A stretch of DNA of 64,000 nt from a virus (IMGVR_UViG_3300036829_000172:126195-190194), one strand, 5' to 3'. Positions 8,591 to 18,260 are shown, numbered from the stretch's first letter. Notes: generated from the sequence alone by a model not told the origin. Numbers and translations are program-made.

Positions 8591-8640
8591 CACCACGTTC
8601 AAAAAATGAACACCCACCACGAGAAAGAGAGAAACACCCC
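8591..8640 (+). promoter_or_regulatory. leader motif copy (cacgttcaaaaaatgaacacccaccacgagaaagagagaaac)
   Basis: seen. Confidence 0.6.
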
Positions 8641-8811
8641 ATGTCACGACCCGAAACCATGAACAGGCTGGAATTGATCACCCGGGAGCAGGCCGAGTCG
8701 TGGGCGGGTCGCGCGCTGTCCGACGATGAACTTGAACGACTCTCCGACGCCATCCCAAACTCCTCGATCCCCGACGCGGTCGACACGATCGTCTCCTCAT
8801 GGGAGGACTGA
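8641..8811 (+). CDS. 56-aa hypothetical acidic protein
   Basis: ATG right after motif; ATGA junction to next gene. Confidence 0.45.
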   Translation: MSRPETMNRLELITREQAESWAGRALSDDELERLSDAIPNSSIPDAVDTIVSSWED

Positions 8812-9014
8812 TGATCAGCAAGGGTTCGTGGGTCACGTTCGTCTCACCTGAGGACGGCAAAACCTATACCGGTCAGGTGGAAACGATCCGCCGGGACGGC
8901 ATCGCGACGATCGCCTATGAGCACGACTATTTCGGCACGTTGTGCCCACAGCATGAATACCTGAAAGTGCTGCGGCTCACGCCGGCGGCTAAACCCGTCG
9001 AGGTGATCCCATGA
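8811..9014 (+). CDS. hypothetical protein
   Basis: ORF. Confidence 0.55.
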   Translation: MISKGSWVTFVSPEDGKTYTGQVETIRRDGIATIAYEHDYFGTLCPQHEYLKVLRLTPAAKPVEVIP

Positions 9015-9151
9015 CCAAGACTGACTCTCCGCAGACGTGGCGTAGCCGCACTGTGATCCGGCGCCCTGGTAGGCACCAGAAAATCGTCTGGTTCCTTCCA
9101 GGGTGTCAGCCGACCCCTGACCAAAAACACCACGAGAAATTGGAGACAACC

Positions 9152-9466
9152 ATGGCGAAATATCAGGCCACCCGGCTTGAGAACGTCAACAGCATCGAAG
9201 ACCTCCGCGAGGTGCCGAAGCTGGCCATCACCCACGGCGTCGACGTCCAGCACGACAACGACGCGCGGGCATCGTTCGGCGCCGCGGCCCTGGTGGCATA
9301 CGCCGAACGCGCCGGCGGCGGCAAGAGCAACGAGTTCGAGGCGCAGCTGTCCGATCTGCTCGCCGACCTGCGTCACGTGTGCGATGCGCTGGGCCTGGAC
9401 TACGACGCAGCCGACACCACAGCACACGTCAACCACTGGCGAGAGATCCACGGCGAAGCGCTCTGA
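9152..9466 (+). CDS. hypothetical protein
   Basis: caccacgagaaattggagacaaccATG leader; the N-terminal extension in ORF 9011.. is less likely. Confidence 0.5.
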   Translation: MAKYQATRLENVNSIEDLREVPKLAITHGVDVQHDNDARASFGAAALVAYAERAGGGKSNEFEAQLSDLLADLRHVCDALGLDYDAADTTAHVNHWREIHGEAL

Positions 9467-9534
9467 GCCCGGCCTACTTGTCAGCACGCTGGCGCATACT
9501 CACACTTGAGAAACCACGAGATGGAGAAACAATC

Positions 9535-10410
9535 ATGACAACGAAAGCGCACGCTGTTCAAAAAATGAACACACCAGAGGCGGACCCGCCCGCCACCTAC
9601 ATCGCCGCGATACCCGCCGCCGACATGTTCGCCGACCTGAGCTATCAGCGGGAACCCGACATGCCGCGGGTGCGTCACATCGCCGCGCAGTGGGATGTGC
9701 GGCTCGTCGGCGTGCTGGACGTGTCCGACCGCGGCGAACACACCAGCCCGCGGTACGCCGTCATCGACGGACACCACCGGATGCGCGGCGCGCAGCTGCT
9801 CGACATCGCGCCGCCGCTGGTCGCCACCATCCACACCGGGTTGACCATCAAACAGGAGGCTGAGCTGTTCGACCGGCTCAACCGGGAACGCCGCCGGCTG
9901 ACCACCTGGGATCATTGGCGGGCCCGCACCATCGCCGGCGACCCGACAGTCCGGGCGATCCAGAAGGCGGTCGTCGAGCTGGACCTGGTGATCGGCGACG
10001 CGCCGAAACCCGGGTATGTGCGGTGCACGTCCACCTTGGAGAAGCTGCACACGCTGGGCGGTACACAGCTGGTCATCGACGTGCTGCACCTGCTGAAGCA
10101 GGCGTGGGGCCGTGACGTCACCTCGTTCGACGCGCCGCTCGTGCACGGTGTCGGCCTGGTGCTGCATTACCTGCCGAAGCGGGAACCGATCGACATGGAA
10201 CGGTTGACGACCGCGCTGGTGCAGGTCGAGCCGCGGCTGGTGAAAACGAGTGCGGTGGCGCGGCGTGACACGATGACGGGCAGCGCCGCGAAGCTGGTCG
10301 CGGTGGTGGTGATGGATCTGTACAACAAGACGCCGGGCCACAAGATTCTGGTGTCTACCCGCACGTTCGGTCCGACCGCCCGCAACGCCCGCTCCACGAC
10401 GGTGGCGTAA
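9535..10410 (+). CDS. ParB-like nuclease domain protein, DGQHR/DndB-like subtype (SYQRE ... VIDGHHR)
   Basis: ccacgagatggagaaacaatcATG leader. An IR copy gttcaaaaaatgaac lies just inside the 5' coding region (9558-9572). Confidence 0.65.
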   Translation: MTTKAHAVQKMNTPEADPPATYIAAIPAADMFADLSYQREPDMPRVRHIAAQWDVRLVGVLDVSDRGEHTSPRYAVIDGHHRMRGAQLLDIAPPLVATIHTGLTIKQEAELFDRLNRERRRLTTWDHWRARTIAGDPTVRAIQKAVVELDLVIGDAPKPGYVRCTSTLEKLHTLGGTQLVIDVLHLLKQAWGRDVTSFDAPLVHGVGLVLHYLPKREPIDMERLTTALVQVEPRLVKTSAVARRDTMTGSAAKLVAVVVMDLYNKTPGHKILVSTRTFGPTARNARSTTVA

Positions 10411-10412
10411 CC

Positions 10413-10838
10413 ATGTCCGCCGACATTCAATTTGAGCCGGGTCAGCAAGTGCGGGTGAATCATGTCGCCGTGGCGATTGTGAACGGTGAAGTGACCGGCC
10501 GTGTTCTGCAGCCGGAGTTCATCGGCACGATCGTCGGCTACTGGCGTAACGGGGACTACATCGTCCGCGAGCCGGAACACGGGACGACGATGGCGTATTC
10601 GTTCATGGAACTGTCGCACGTTCAGTTGCCGAACGGGTACGAGCGCTACGTCTCCGCGTGCGGACGAACGGGCGATAAAGCGATGGACGAAGACACCTTC
10701 TCGACTCTCACAGAGTTCGATAGTGCCGAAAGCGCTATTCGACAGTTCCACCCGATGAGACGAGCCACGCGCCTGGTGCGGACTTTCCAGTTTGGCGCGG
10801 TCCCTGCTGATCCGCGGCAAGGCGCGAGCGAATCATGA
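10413..10838 (+). CDS. hypothetical protein
   Basis: ORF. Confidence 0.65.
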   Translation: MSADIQFEPGQQVRVNHVAVAIVNGEVTGRVLQPEFIGTIVGYWRNGDYIVREPEHGTTMAYSFMELSHVQLPNGYERYVSACGRTGDKAMDEDTFSTLTEFDSAESAIRQFHPMRRATRLVRTFQFGAVPADPRQGASES

Positions 10839-10969
10839 CAGACAACAACCTGGCGCCGAGGTTCATCCAGCAGGGCGAGGGTGAGTCGCTAGCCGAAGTG
10901 CTGGCCGACTACACCGATCCGGAAACGCGGGCCGAGATCGACGAAGTGCTTGCGGAGCACCGCCGATGA
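10835..10969 (+). CDS. 44-aa hypothetical protein
   Basis: ATGA overlaps. Confidence 0.35.
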   Translation: MTDNNLAPRFIQQGEGESLAEVLADYTDPETRAEIDEVLAEHRR

Positions 10970-11136
10970 TCAGGGCACTCGACATTCTCCGGCCGTATGT
11001 CGTGGTCATCGGTGCGACGGGTGCCGCGCTGGTAAGCGCGCAGGAGTGGGCTTGCCTATTGGTCACCGCGATAACGACCGCGGCCGTGATCGCCATGTAC
11101 GCCATCACCCATCATCGAAAGGCATTGAAGTCATGA
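10966..11136 (+). CDS. 56-aa membrane protein
   Basis: ATGA overlaps; hydrophobic. Confidence 0.4.
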   Translation: MIRALDILRPYVVVIGATGAALVSAQEWACLLVTAITTAAVIAMYAITHHRKALKS

Positions 11137-11240
11137 CGTTGTGGGAATGGGATGGGCTCTGCCCGGAATGCGGCAACAGACTCGATACTCACGACACCGT
11201 GGCACGGTGCCCGTGGTGCGGCTGGAAGGACGAAGCATGA
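11133..11240 (+). CDS. 35-aa zinc-ribbon peptide (CPECG...CPWCG)
   Basis: ATGA overlaps. Confidence 0.35.
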   Translation: MTLWEWDGLCPECGNRLDTHDTVARCPWCGWKDEA

Positions 11241-11668
11241 CGCGCGTCTGGGAGCCGAGCGACGACATCAGCTGGTGGCAGACGACACACGCGACGCAGC
11301 TGCGGGTGCCGATCCTCGCCACGTTCAACCCCGGCTGGAGCTACATCACCGGCATCGTCGTGCACGATCTCGAGCATCCGGAGTGGCCGAACCGTGGGCA
11401 GACGCCGACTGAGGTCGAAGTCGAGTTGGTCGCGCAGCGTCTGCAGGAGTACTGCAACAGATGGTACGGGCAGTCGTATCTGAACCGGATGCGTGAGTTC
11501 GCGCCCTACGACATCGACAACGGCGCGAATCTGGCGTACTTCATCAAGTGGGACAACGGCGGCTGGGGCTACCGCAAACGCACCTGGGAGTACGGGCCGC
11601 TGTTCGTGCCCACATTCGATGCGGAGCCGGAGTCGTTGGCGCAGGTGATCGACCGGACCCGACGATGA
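11237..11668 (+). CDS. hypothetical protein
   Basis: ORF trimmed to overlap start. Confidence 0.65.
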   Translation: MTRVWEPSDDISWWQTTHATQLRVPILATFNPGWSYITGIVVHDLEHPEWPNRGQTPTEVEVELVAQRLQEYCNRWYGQSYLNRMREFAPYDIDNGANLAYFIKWDNGGWGYRKRTWEYGPLFVPTFDAEPESLAQVIDRTRR

Positions 11669-11997
11669 TCGGCTACGAGGGGTTGGCCGGCGCGCTGCAC
11701 GCAGCGTTCGGCATGTCGTGGAGCATCTACGACACGAGTGGCGGCAACTACTGTTTGCGGGCGGTCACCGAGACCGGGCATTGGGTTCACATCACCGACG
11801 CCTACGAGAGCCTGTCGACATTGTGTCAGCGGGTCGACGCGGAAGCCGATGGTGGCTGTCTCGGTTTCGGGGTGTCGGTGTTCGCCGACGCTGAGTGCGG
11901 CGAGCTGGTGTACGCGAACGAGGATCCGTTCGCGATGGCCAACGATGATGTGGTGGCGTTGGTGCGGGACGCACTGAGTAACCTGTGCGCCGCATAA
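11665..11997 (+). CDS. hypothetical protein
   Basis: ORF trimmed. Confidence 0.6.
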   Translation: MIGYEGLAGALHAAFGMSWSIYDTSGGNYCLRAVTETGHWVHITDAYESLSTLCQRVDAEADGGCLGFGVSVFADAECGELVYANEDPFAMANDDVVALVRDALSNLCAA

Positions 11998-12123
11998 CTC
12001 TGTGGAGAGTGGGGTGCCGCGTGATGTTTTGGATTCAGTTTGTAGTTAATTACGCACTGCTTTTATCGGCCACTATCCTCACGCTTCTGACCTGACGCGG
12101 CCGGCCCCCCGGTTAGTGCCGCG

Positions 12124-12151
12124 TGACATAAGGACCGGGAACCGGTAGAAT
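12124..12151 (+). promoter_or_regulatory. SigA-type promoter copy 2 (TGACAT-N16-TAGAAT), preceded by an AT-rich stretch 12020-12060
   Basis: near-identical to copy 1; followed by cacgagagaaggagcacatcATG. Confidence 0.55.
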
Positions 12152-12200
12152 AGTAGTTAGAAGTTGAAAGAAAGATTCCCCACGAGAGAAGGAGCACATC

Positions 12201-12503
12201 ATGTCCGGTATGGGAGAGATCGGCGAAGTTGAATTCGACGATCTGGATATCCGTGCAGAGATCAACCAGGCGCAAAAGGTAGTGGTTTGGTACCCCGTCG
12301 ACCCGCTGGACGCCGAGAGTGCGGCGTGCCTGGACCTGACGTTCCTCTATGGCGAGCGCCCGCCGCTCGTCGAAGTCGTGTCCGACGGGGAGCACATCGT
12401 GGGGTTGACGATCTCACCGGCCCGTGCGCGCGAATGGGCGCGGATGCTCACCGAGGCCGCCGACGGAGCTGACGCCGAGTACCGGACCAGAACGGGCGCC
12501 TGA
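12201..12503 (+). CDS. hypothetical acidic protein
   Basis: ORF downstream of promoter copy 2. Confidence 0.7.
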   Translation: MSGMGEIGEVEFDDLDIRAEINQAQKVVVWYPVDPLDAESAACLDLTFLYGERPPLVEVVSDGEHIVGLTISPARAREWARMLTEAADGADAEYRTRTGA

Positions 12504-12554
12504 GCGCCTATTCATTTTTTGAACACCCCCCGACCACGAGAGAAGGAGCACATC
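12501..12554 (+). promoter_or_regulatory. leader motif copy
   Basis: gagcgcctattcattttttgaacaccccccgaccacgagagaagg. Confidence 0.6.
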
Positions 12555-12680
12555 ATGGACGTGGATCAGCCGCTGCAAGGACCTGTGTTTCGGGTGCCCT
12601 GCAACGGAATGCATTTCGACCCGGCCGACCCGCACCAGTGGATCGTGGACGACGAGCTAGTTGAGTTTTGCAACAGTTAG
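12555..12680 (+). CDS. 41-aa hypothetical protein flanked by direct repeats of the leader
   Basis: ATG after motif. Confidence 0.45.
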   Translation: MDVDQPLQGPVFRVPCNGMHFDPADPHQWIVDDELVEFCNS

Positions 12681-12749
12681 ACCCGAGCGCCTATTCATTT
12701 TTTGAACATTCATTTTTTGAACACCCCCGACCACGAGAGAGAGACACGC
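12681..12749 (+). promoter_or_regulatory. leader motif copy with duplicated IR half
   Basis: gagcgcctattcattttttgaacattcattttttgaacacccccgaccacgagagagag. Confidence 0.6.
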
Positions 12750-13352
12750 ATGACCGAAATGACCGCCCTCGACGCCGTATGCCAGCTCGCAAACGTGAGC
12801 GGCCTCATCCAGATCCACGACAGCGGCCCCGTCGACGTCGGCAGGGTCGTCGTATTCGGTGACCAGGCCCAGGCCCGTGAGTACCTGCTTGGAGCCCGAC
12901 TTGGGGCGGGCAGTAAGGACGTGGGCGTCCTCGTTGAGGTGACGTTCAACCGGCTCGGTGAGGTCGCCAAGGTGCGTGCCCGCGTCGACGGCGAGCCGCG
13001 CGATATCAGCGGTGATCGCGGTAACGGTGGCGAGCGGCTGCTGTGGACGCTGGAGCTGTTCTATGAGCTCGGCGCGCGTACGCCGTCGATGCCGCGCGAG
13101 GAGTCCGACGAGGACCGCGAGCGCCAGATCGCCGACCGGACACCACCACCGGTCATGAACACGACACACAAGCTAATCGGTGCCACCATCCGCGCCACCA
13201 ACCGTACCTATGGGCTCGCGCCAGCACGCGACTACGGCCCAGACGAGACGGTTGTCAAGGTCAACGCTTACGACGCGACCGTTTACACAGCCGAGGGAAA
13301 CTGCTACCTGCTAGGCGGATACGTCGTTATGCGCCACGCGGATAAGTCATGA
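12750..13352 (+). CDS. hypothetical protein
   Basis: ORF trimmed to ATG after motif. Confidence 0.7.
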   Translation: MTEMTALDAVCQLANVSGLIQIHDSGPVDVGRVVVFGDQAQAREYLLGARLGAGSKDVGVLVEVTFNRLGEVAKVRARVDGEPRDISGDRGNGGERLLWTLELFYELGARTPSMPREESDEDRERQIADRTPPPVMNTTHKLIGATIRATNRTYGLAPARDYGPDETVVKVNAYDATVYTAEGNCYLLGGYVVMRHADKS

Positions 13353-13534
13353 TGCTCGCCGTAATCACAGCAGGGATCACGGGGTTCGTCGTCGCCGCGT
13401 TCGTATCTGGCGGACGGCGAATCTTGTGGACCTGTGCGCTGTTTGTGATTGGGTCGATTGTCGAGGTCACGCCCCGGCTGCCCGACCGGTTCATCCGGTG
13501 GTACAACGATGCACTTGACGGGTGGAAGCGGTGA
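13349..13534 (+). CDS. small membrane protein
   Basis: ORF. Confidence 0.5.
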   Translation: MMLAVITAGITGFVVAAFVSGGRRILWTCALFVIGSIVEVTPRLPDRFIRWYNDALDGWKR

Positions 13535-13740
13535 CTGTCGATGAGAAACGCGGCATCTTGGAGCACGCCAACGCGATCCCACTCACAGTCAACGGTGTCC
13601 CCGTTCAGGTCAGTGGCGTCGCGAACGCGTTCGCCACTGTCACAGTCAAATCCGGTCACCCGCTGGCGGGGTTCTCGGCCGAATACGGCTGGCATGTGAT
13701 CGACCATGCGGCCCGCTACGGGTACAAGCTGCGGGCCTGA
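13522..13740 (+). CDS. hypothetical protein (alternative GTG start at 13531)
   Basis: ORF. Confidence 0.5.
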   Translation: MEAVTVDEKRGILEHANAIPLTVNGVPVQVSGVANAFATVTVKSGHPLAGFSAEYGWHVIDHAARYGYKLRA

Positions 13741-13802
13741 TCTTTTCCAGCACCGCTGTTCAGGTTTTGAACACCCCAACCACGAGAGAGAGAAACAATC
13801 GG
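13741..13802 (+). promoter_or_regulatory. leader motif copy (gctgttcaggttttgaacaccccaaccacgagagagag)
   Basis: seen. Confidence 0.6.
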
Positions 13803-14075
13803 ATGGCCAACAACTACCGCCGCATCGAAGACCGCGTTGACGCCGAAGGCGGCATCATCAACGGCTACAGCGCCTGGGACTGCGACAACTGCGGCAACGA
13901 GGTACGCCGCTATCGCGGACAGTCCGACGTCGACTGCAACAACTGTGGTTCCTGCTACAACGCGGGGGGGCAGCGACTGCGCGATGACTGGAGAGGCAAT
14001 GAGTCGAGCTACAACGACGAGGTCGGCGACATGGAAGGCTTCGAAGCCCAGCAGCTGCGCAATGAAACGTGCTGA
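13803..14075 (+). CDS. hypothetical Cys-rich protein (CDNCG...CNNCGSC)
   Basis: ORF trimmed. Confidence 0.6.
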   Translation: MANNYRRIEDRVDAEGGIINGYSAWDCDNCGNEVRRYRGQSDVDCNNCGSCYNAGGQRLRDDWRGNESSYNDEVGDMEGFEAQQLRNETC

Positions 14076-14352
14076 ACGGGAGGACATCCCGGTCTGGCTG
14101 GTGATGGGGTGGAATCCGGTGCAGATGAGCTGGACAGTGCGCAGCAGGCACGACGACGAGGCCGAGGCTGTGCAGCACGCGGAAGCCCTGCACCGTAAGG
14201 ACAGGGTGCGTGTCAGGGTGCGCCCTGGCGTGAAGCGTGTGCTGCAGGTCAAGGCGCCGATCAACAATCAGACACGAGCGTGGCGTTTCGAGCAGGCAGG
14301 GCGAATGTCGGACCTGGCGGACGCCAACAAGCGTTACAAATCACCCGGATAG
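14062..14352 (+). CDS. hypothetical protein
   Basis: ORF trimmed. Confidence 0.55.
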   Translation: MKRAEREDIPVWLVMGWNPVQMSWTVRSRHDDEAEAVQHAEALHRKDRVRVRVRPGVKRVLQVKAPINNQTRAWRFEQAGRMSDLADANKRYKSPG

Positions 14353-14398
14353 CACGTTCAAAAAATGAACACCCACACGAGAGATGGAGAGAACCACA
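14343..14398 (+). promoter_or_regulatory. leader motif copy; 43 bp identical to the copy at 15018
   Basis: cacccggatagcacgttcaaaaaatgaacacccacacgagaga. Confidence 0.65.
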
Positions 14399-15031
14399 AT
14401 GGGATACAGCGCCAACAGCGTGGACACGGATTTCACCGTGCCCGCCGACAACGTGCCCGATGCTCTGGCAGCGCTTAACGCCAGCCTGACCGACGGCCCT
14501 GAGGGTGCAGGCTACACAAGCCTTGCCGCCGCGGTGGATGAGTGCGGCGGGTTCAGCGACAGCGACGATCCGGGCGACGACGTCAACTATGACGGGTTCA
14601 GGCTGGGTTACCACACGGACTCGTGGTGGGACGTCGCAGAGTCGGTTCTGACGGTGCTCGCGCCTTTCGCTACCGAAGGATCGTACGTGCGGCTCATCGG
14701 CGAGGACGATTGCCTGTTCGGGTTCCGCGTCGTCGACGGCCAGCTGCGTACCGAGACCGGTGACTTCACCTGGACGTTGGACGGGGTGCAGTCAACGAGC
14801 GCGCCGACGCGGAGCGTGGGCGACAGGGTGAGCTGGGCGCCAGCAGACCCTAATGCCGCTGGCGGTGAGATCGTGCAGGTCGGCGGTGACTACACACACA
14901 ACGGCGAAAACGTGTACGCCGGCGTCAACGGGCGCCCACTGTACTGGGTGTACTGGGACGGCATTGATCGCAGCAAGTACGCGCCTGTCGCATATTCGTC
15001 CGAAGACCTAAGCGATCCCACACCCGGATAG
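14399..15031 (+). CDS. hypothetical protein (cassette flanked by 43-bp perfect direct repeats)
   Basis: ORF trimmed. Confidence 0.7.
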   Translation: MGYSANSVDTDFTVPADNVPDALAALNASLTDGPEGAGYTSLAAAVDECGGFSDSDDPGDDVNYDGFRLGYHTDSWWDVAESVLTVLAPFATEGSYVRLIGEDDCLFGFRVVDGQLRTETGDFTWTLDGVQSTSAPTRSVGDRVSWAPADPNAAGGEIVQVGGDYTHNGENVYAGVNGRPLYWVYWDGIDRSKYAPVAYSSEDLSDPTPG

Positions 15032-15075
15032 CACGTTCAAAAAATGAACACCCACACGAGAGAGAGAAAAACGAA
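15018..15075 (+). promoter_or_regulatory. leader motif copy, identical 43 bp
   Basis: seen. Confidence 0.65.
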
Positions 15076-16704
15076 ATGACTGAACCTGTGAAACAACTAA
15101 CCTCGCAGATCAAGGCCGGTGAGGTGGCGGCCAAGCTGCGGTCACGAGCGCCGCTCATCGTGGTCGTCACCGCGGAGGAAGCCCGCGTCGAACCGCACCT
15201 GTACGAGGCTACGAAAGCAGCCGGTTTCGACTGCCAGTTCTACGACGTAGCGCAAGGTTTTACCGACATCAACAAGAAGGTGATGAACGACCGCGGCCAG
15301 GGCGATGTCGATGAGGCGCTGGCCACGATCAAGGAGAGCAGCTCGCGCACCGCGTGGGTGATGCGGGACCTGACGCCGTGGATCAAAGAACCGGTCGGGC
15401 TGGTCACCGGGCGTGCCCTACGCAATCTGATCAACTGGCTGCCTAATCAGCCGCTCGATCAGGCGCAGGCGATCATCATGATCACCGCGAAGGCCGACCT
15501 GCCACCTGAAATCGCCACCGACGCGCAGGTGATCGAGTGGCCGATGCCTGACCGCGACGAAATGGGGGTGATCCTCGACGCAGCGTGCGCGCCGGTGTTG
15601 GACAGCACCGTGATATCCGAGGACGTCAAGGAGGCGGTGCGCGACTCCATCACCGGCGACAACCGTTCGGCGGCGATCGACGCGGCGATCGGGCTGTCGG
15701 GGTCGGAGGCGCAGTCATGTTTCGCTACCTCGCTGGTGATGCTGCGCCGCATCGACCCGCCCACCATCGCGCAGGAGAAGAAGCGGGTGGTCGCCAAGGA
15801 TCAGCTGCTGACGTGGTACGACCCGCCGCCGGGTGGCTTCGACAACATGGGTGCGTTCGAGATTTACAAGCCGTGGGCGCGGCAGCGGAAAGTAGCGTAC
15901 ACCCCGGCGGCGCGCGCATACGGCCTGACAGCGCCGAAAGGCGTGATGTTTGTAGGCATTTCGGGCTGCGGCAAGTCGCTGGCTGTCAAATGCACCGGAG
16001 GCGAGTGGGGTGTGCCCGTCATCAAGCTGGACTTGGGTGCGCTCAAGTCGAAGTTTGTCGGTGAGTCGGAGCAGAATCTGCGCAAAGCGCTGCAGATCAT
16101 CGAAGCGTTGGGCTGGTGCGTCGTCTGGCTCGACGAGATCGAGAAGGCGCTGGCCGGTGCCACCGGCGAGCAGGGCGACGGCGGAGTGTCGGCGGACGCG
16201 TTAGGCGCGATCTTGACGTGGATGCAGGACCGGCGTGGGGAGGCGTTCGTGATGGCGACCGCTAACGATGCCGCGAAGCTGCCGCCGGAACTGCTGCGTA
16301 AAGGCAGGTTCGACGAAGTGTGGTGGGTCGATTTGCCGACCCGCGCGGAGCGGACACAGATCGTGCGGACAGCGCTGCGTCAGCGTGGGCTTGACGCGGA
16401 CGTGATGGCCGACATGGACCTGGAGGCGGTCGCTGCGGTGACGGACACGTTCACCGGCGCGGAGATCGACGCGCTGGTGCCCGACGCGATGTTCGTCGGG
16501 TTCGCTGACGGAGCCCGTGAAATCACCACCCAGGATCTGATCAACGCGGCGAAAAATGTTGTGCCGCTCGCGGAAACCAAGAAGGAACAGATCGACGAGT
16601 TGCGCAAAATATGGAAGACACGCGCGAGGGCGGTCAGCAAACCGGATGCCCAGGCGGCTGAGGTCACGAGACGTGCCGGGTCCCGGCAGCTCGACATCAT
16701 ATAG
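15076..16704 (+). CDS. AAA+ ATPase. Walker A GISGCGKS, Walker B VVWLDEIEK, sensor-1 ATAND, LLRKGRFDE arginine finger region.
   Basis: motifs read in translation. Confidence 0.85.
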   Translation: MTEPVKQLTSQIKAGEVAAKLRSRAPLIVVVTAEEARVEPHLYEATKAAGFDCQFYDVAQGFTDINKKVMNDRGQGDVDEALATIKESSSRTAWVMRDLTPWIKEPVGLVTGRALRNLINWLPNQPLDQAQAIIMITAKADLPPEIATDAQVIEWPMPDRDEMGVILDAACAPVLDSTVISEDVKEAVRDSITGDNRSAAIDAAIGLSGSEAQSCFATSLVMLRRIDPPTIAQEKKRVVAKDQLLTWYDPPPGGFDNMGAFEIYKPWARQRKVAYTPAARAYGLTAPKGVMFVGISGCGKSLAVKCTGGEWGVPVIKLDLGALKSKFVGESEQNLRKALQIIEALGWCVVWLDEIEKALAGATGEQGDGGVSADALGAILTWMQDRRGEAFVMATANDAAKLPPELLRKGRFDEVWWVDLPTRAERTQIVRTALRQRGLDADVMADMDLEAVAAVTDTFTGAEIDALVPDAMFVGFADGAREITTQDLINAAKNVVPLAETKKEQIDELRKIWKTRARAVSKPDAQAAEVTRRAGSRQLDII

Positions 16705-16756
16705 ACCCGGTGTTCATTCCTTGAACACCACAACCCCCACGAAAGAGAGAAACAAA
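16701..16756 (+). promoter_or_regulatory. leader motif copy (gtgttcattccttgaacaccacaacccccacgaaagagag)
   Basis: seen. Confidence 0.6.
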
Positions 16757-17560
16757 ATGTCCGTAATGTCTGAAGCCCGAGTTGTGCGCCCCGGCCTGCT
16801 GGTCAGCCTTGGCACCAGCGTCAAAGGCAACACGAAGTACTACAAGCAGCAGCTGGAATACCCGCACGAAGGCGACAGCGGCGAGGAACGCTCCAGCTGG
16901 AACACCACCAAGGTCGTGTTCGACCCCGACGAGCAGGACCGTGCCGAGACGGTGCGCAACAAGGCGAGCTCACTGATCCGCGGCGTGTGCGCCAGATCGG
17001 ACTTCGGGCTGCTGTGCCCGGAGGACAAGGCTGAGCTGCTGCAGGAGCGCATCGCGATGGCCCGGGCGTTGGCGAAGGAGTTCAACGACAAGGCGAATCT
17101 GGCGCACGTCCGTGTCGACGTCATCTGGGGGCGGATCGCCCAAGACGACGTCGAGGCTGTGAAGGCGATCAGCAGCGAACTGCGTGACCTGATGCGGGAC
17201 ATGCAGACCGGCGTGGCTGAACTGGATGCCAAGAAGGTCCGGGCCGCCGCCAACAAGGCGGTCAGTGTCGGGCAGATGCTGTCCGAGGGCACCCGTGAGC
17301 GGCTGCAGGATGCGATCAAGGTGGCCCGCCGGGAGGCGACGCGGATTGTCAAGGCCGGCGAGACGGTCGGGCTGGAGATCGACCGTACCGTCATCGAGAG
17401 GATCGAGCAGTCGCGGACAGCGTTCCTGGACCTGGCCGAGCCGGTGGCGGTGGCTGCGCCGCAGGCGATCGGGCGGGCCGTCGACTTCGATGTGATCGAG
17501 CAGGCCCGCGAACTCGGTCGTGAGATGGCTGCGCGCCCCGAGTTGGAGTTGGGGGCGTAG
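16757..17560 (+). CDS. hypothetical protein
   Basis: ORF trimmed. Confidence 0.7.
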   Translation: MSVMSEARVVRPGLLVSLGTSVKGNTKYYKQQLEYPHEGDSGEERSSWNTTKVVFDPDEQDRAETVRNKASSLIRGVCARSDFGLLCPEDKAELLQERIAMARALAKEFNDKANLAHVRVDVIWGRIAQDDVEAVKAISSELRDLMRDMQTGVAELDAKKVRAAANKAVSVGQMLSEGTRERLQDAIKVARREATRIVKAGETVGLEIDRTVIERIEQSRTAFLDLAEPVAVAAPQAIGRAVDFDVIEQARELGREMAARPELELGA

Positions 17561-17563
17561 ACG

Positions 17564-17896
17564 ATGCCGTGCGACTCCATGGTCAAGGCTGGGCAGACCG
17601 CGGTCCAGCGCAAGGCTGAGGTCAAGAAGGCGGCCGCCGAGATCAGCAAGCTGATCGCGGCGGGTCGGGTGAAGGTGATCGTCGACAAGGCGCAGGGGGC
17701 GGTCACATTCAATGGCATTCCGGAGGCGGTGCGGGACGGGCTGACCGACGCGTGCATCTATCAGAAGCTGTCATCGGCGGCGAAGATGAAAGTTGCCCTG
17801 GCCGAGCAGCTCGCTGGCCGCAGAGTCGACCGGAAGGTGGTCGCCTCGGGGCGCCATTCGCATGATGGCGGCGCGTCCTGGCACCCCAGAGGCTGA
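17564..17896 (+). CDS. hypothetical protein
   Basis: ORF. Confidence 0.6.
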   Translation: MPCDSMVKAGQTAVQRKAEVKKAAAEISKLIAAGRVKVIVDKAQGAVTFNGIPEAVRDGLTDACIYQKLSSAAKMKVALAEQLAGRRVDRKVVASGRHSHDGGASWHPRG

Positions 17897-17897
17897 C

Positions 17898-18260
17898 ATG
17901 GATATCGACCTGGGCGCGATACCCGACAACCACAAGGGCGAGTTCCACAACGGCTGGTATCGGCACATCGGCAGCGGGCTGTTCATCAGCCCGCTGGCGA
18001 TGGCCAAGCACCGGATGACCGGCGACCCGCCGGCCCAGTTCACCTACGAGCGGTGGCGCCACGGCGGTTGGTACGTGCAGGAAATCACCTGGCCTAATGG
18101 CGGCTGTGGGTGTGTGTCACGCAACTTCCGCGACCGTAAGTGGCGCATCGCCTGCGACCCGCGGCCGTTCGAGGTGCAGCCCACATTCCGCACCCGTGAC
18201 GACGCCGCGCGTGGTGAGTGGCTGTTCGTGAAGGGCCTCGTTGAGGCGGCGTCCTGGTGA
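17898..18260 (+). CDS. hypothetical protein
   Basis: ATG one nt after upstream stop. Confidence 0.55.
   Translation: MDIDLGAIPDNHKGEFHNGWYRHIGSGLFISPLAMAKHRMTGDPPAQFTYERWRHGGWYVQEITWPNGGCGCVSRNFRDRKWRIACDPRPFEVQPTFRTRDDAARGEWLFVKGLVEAASW

Noticed and set aside
9011-9151. N-terminal extension of ORF 9011..9466
   Set aside because: The internal ATG at 9152 has the conserved cacgagaaattggagaNaacc leader seen at gene 4489. The upstream segment is more likely leader or intergenic.
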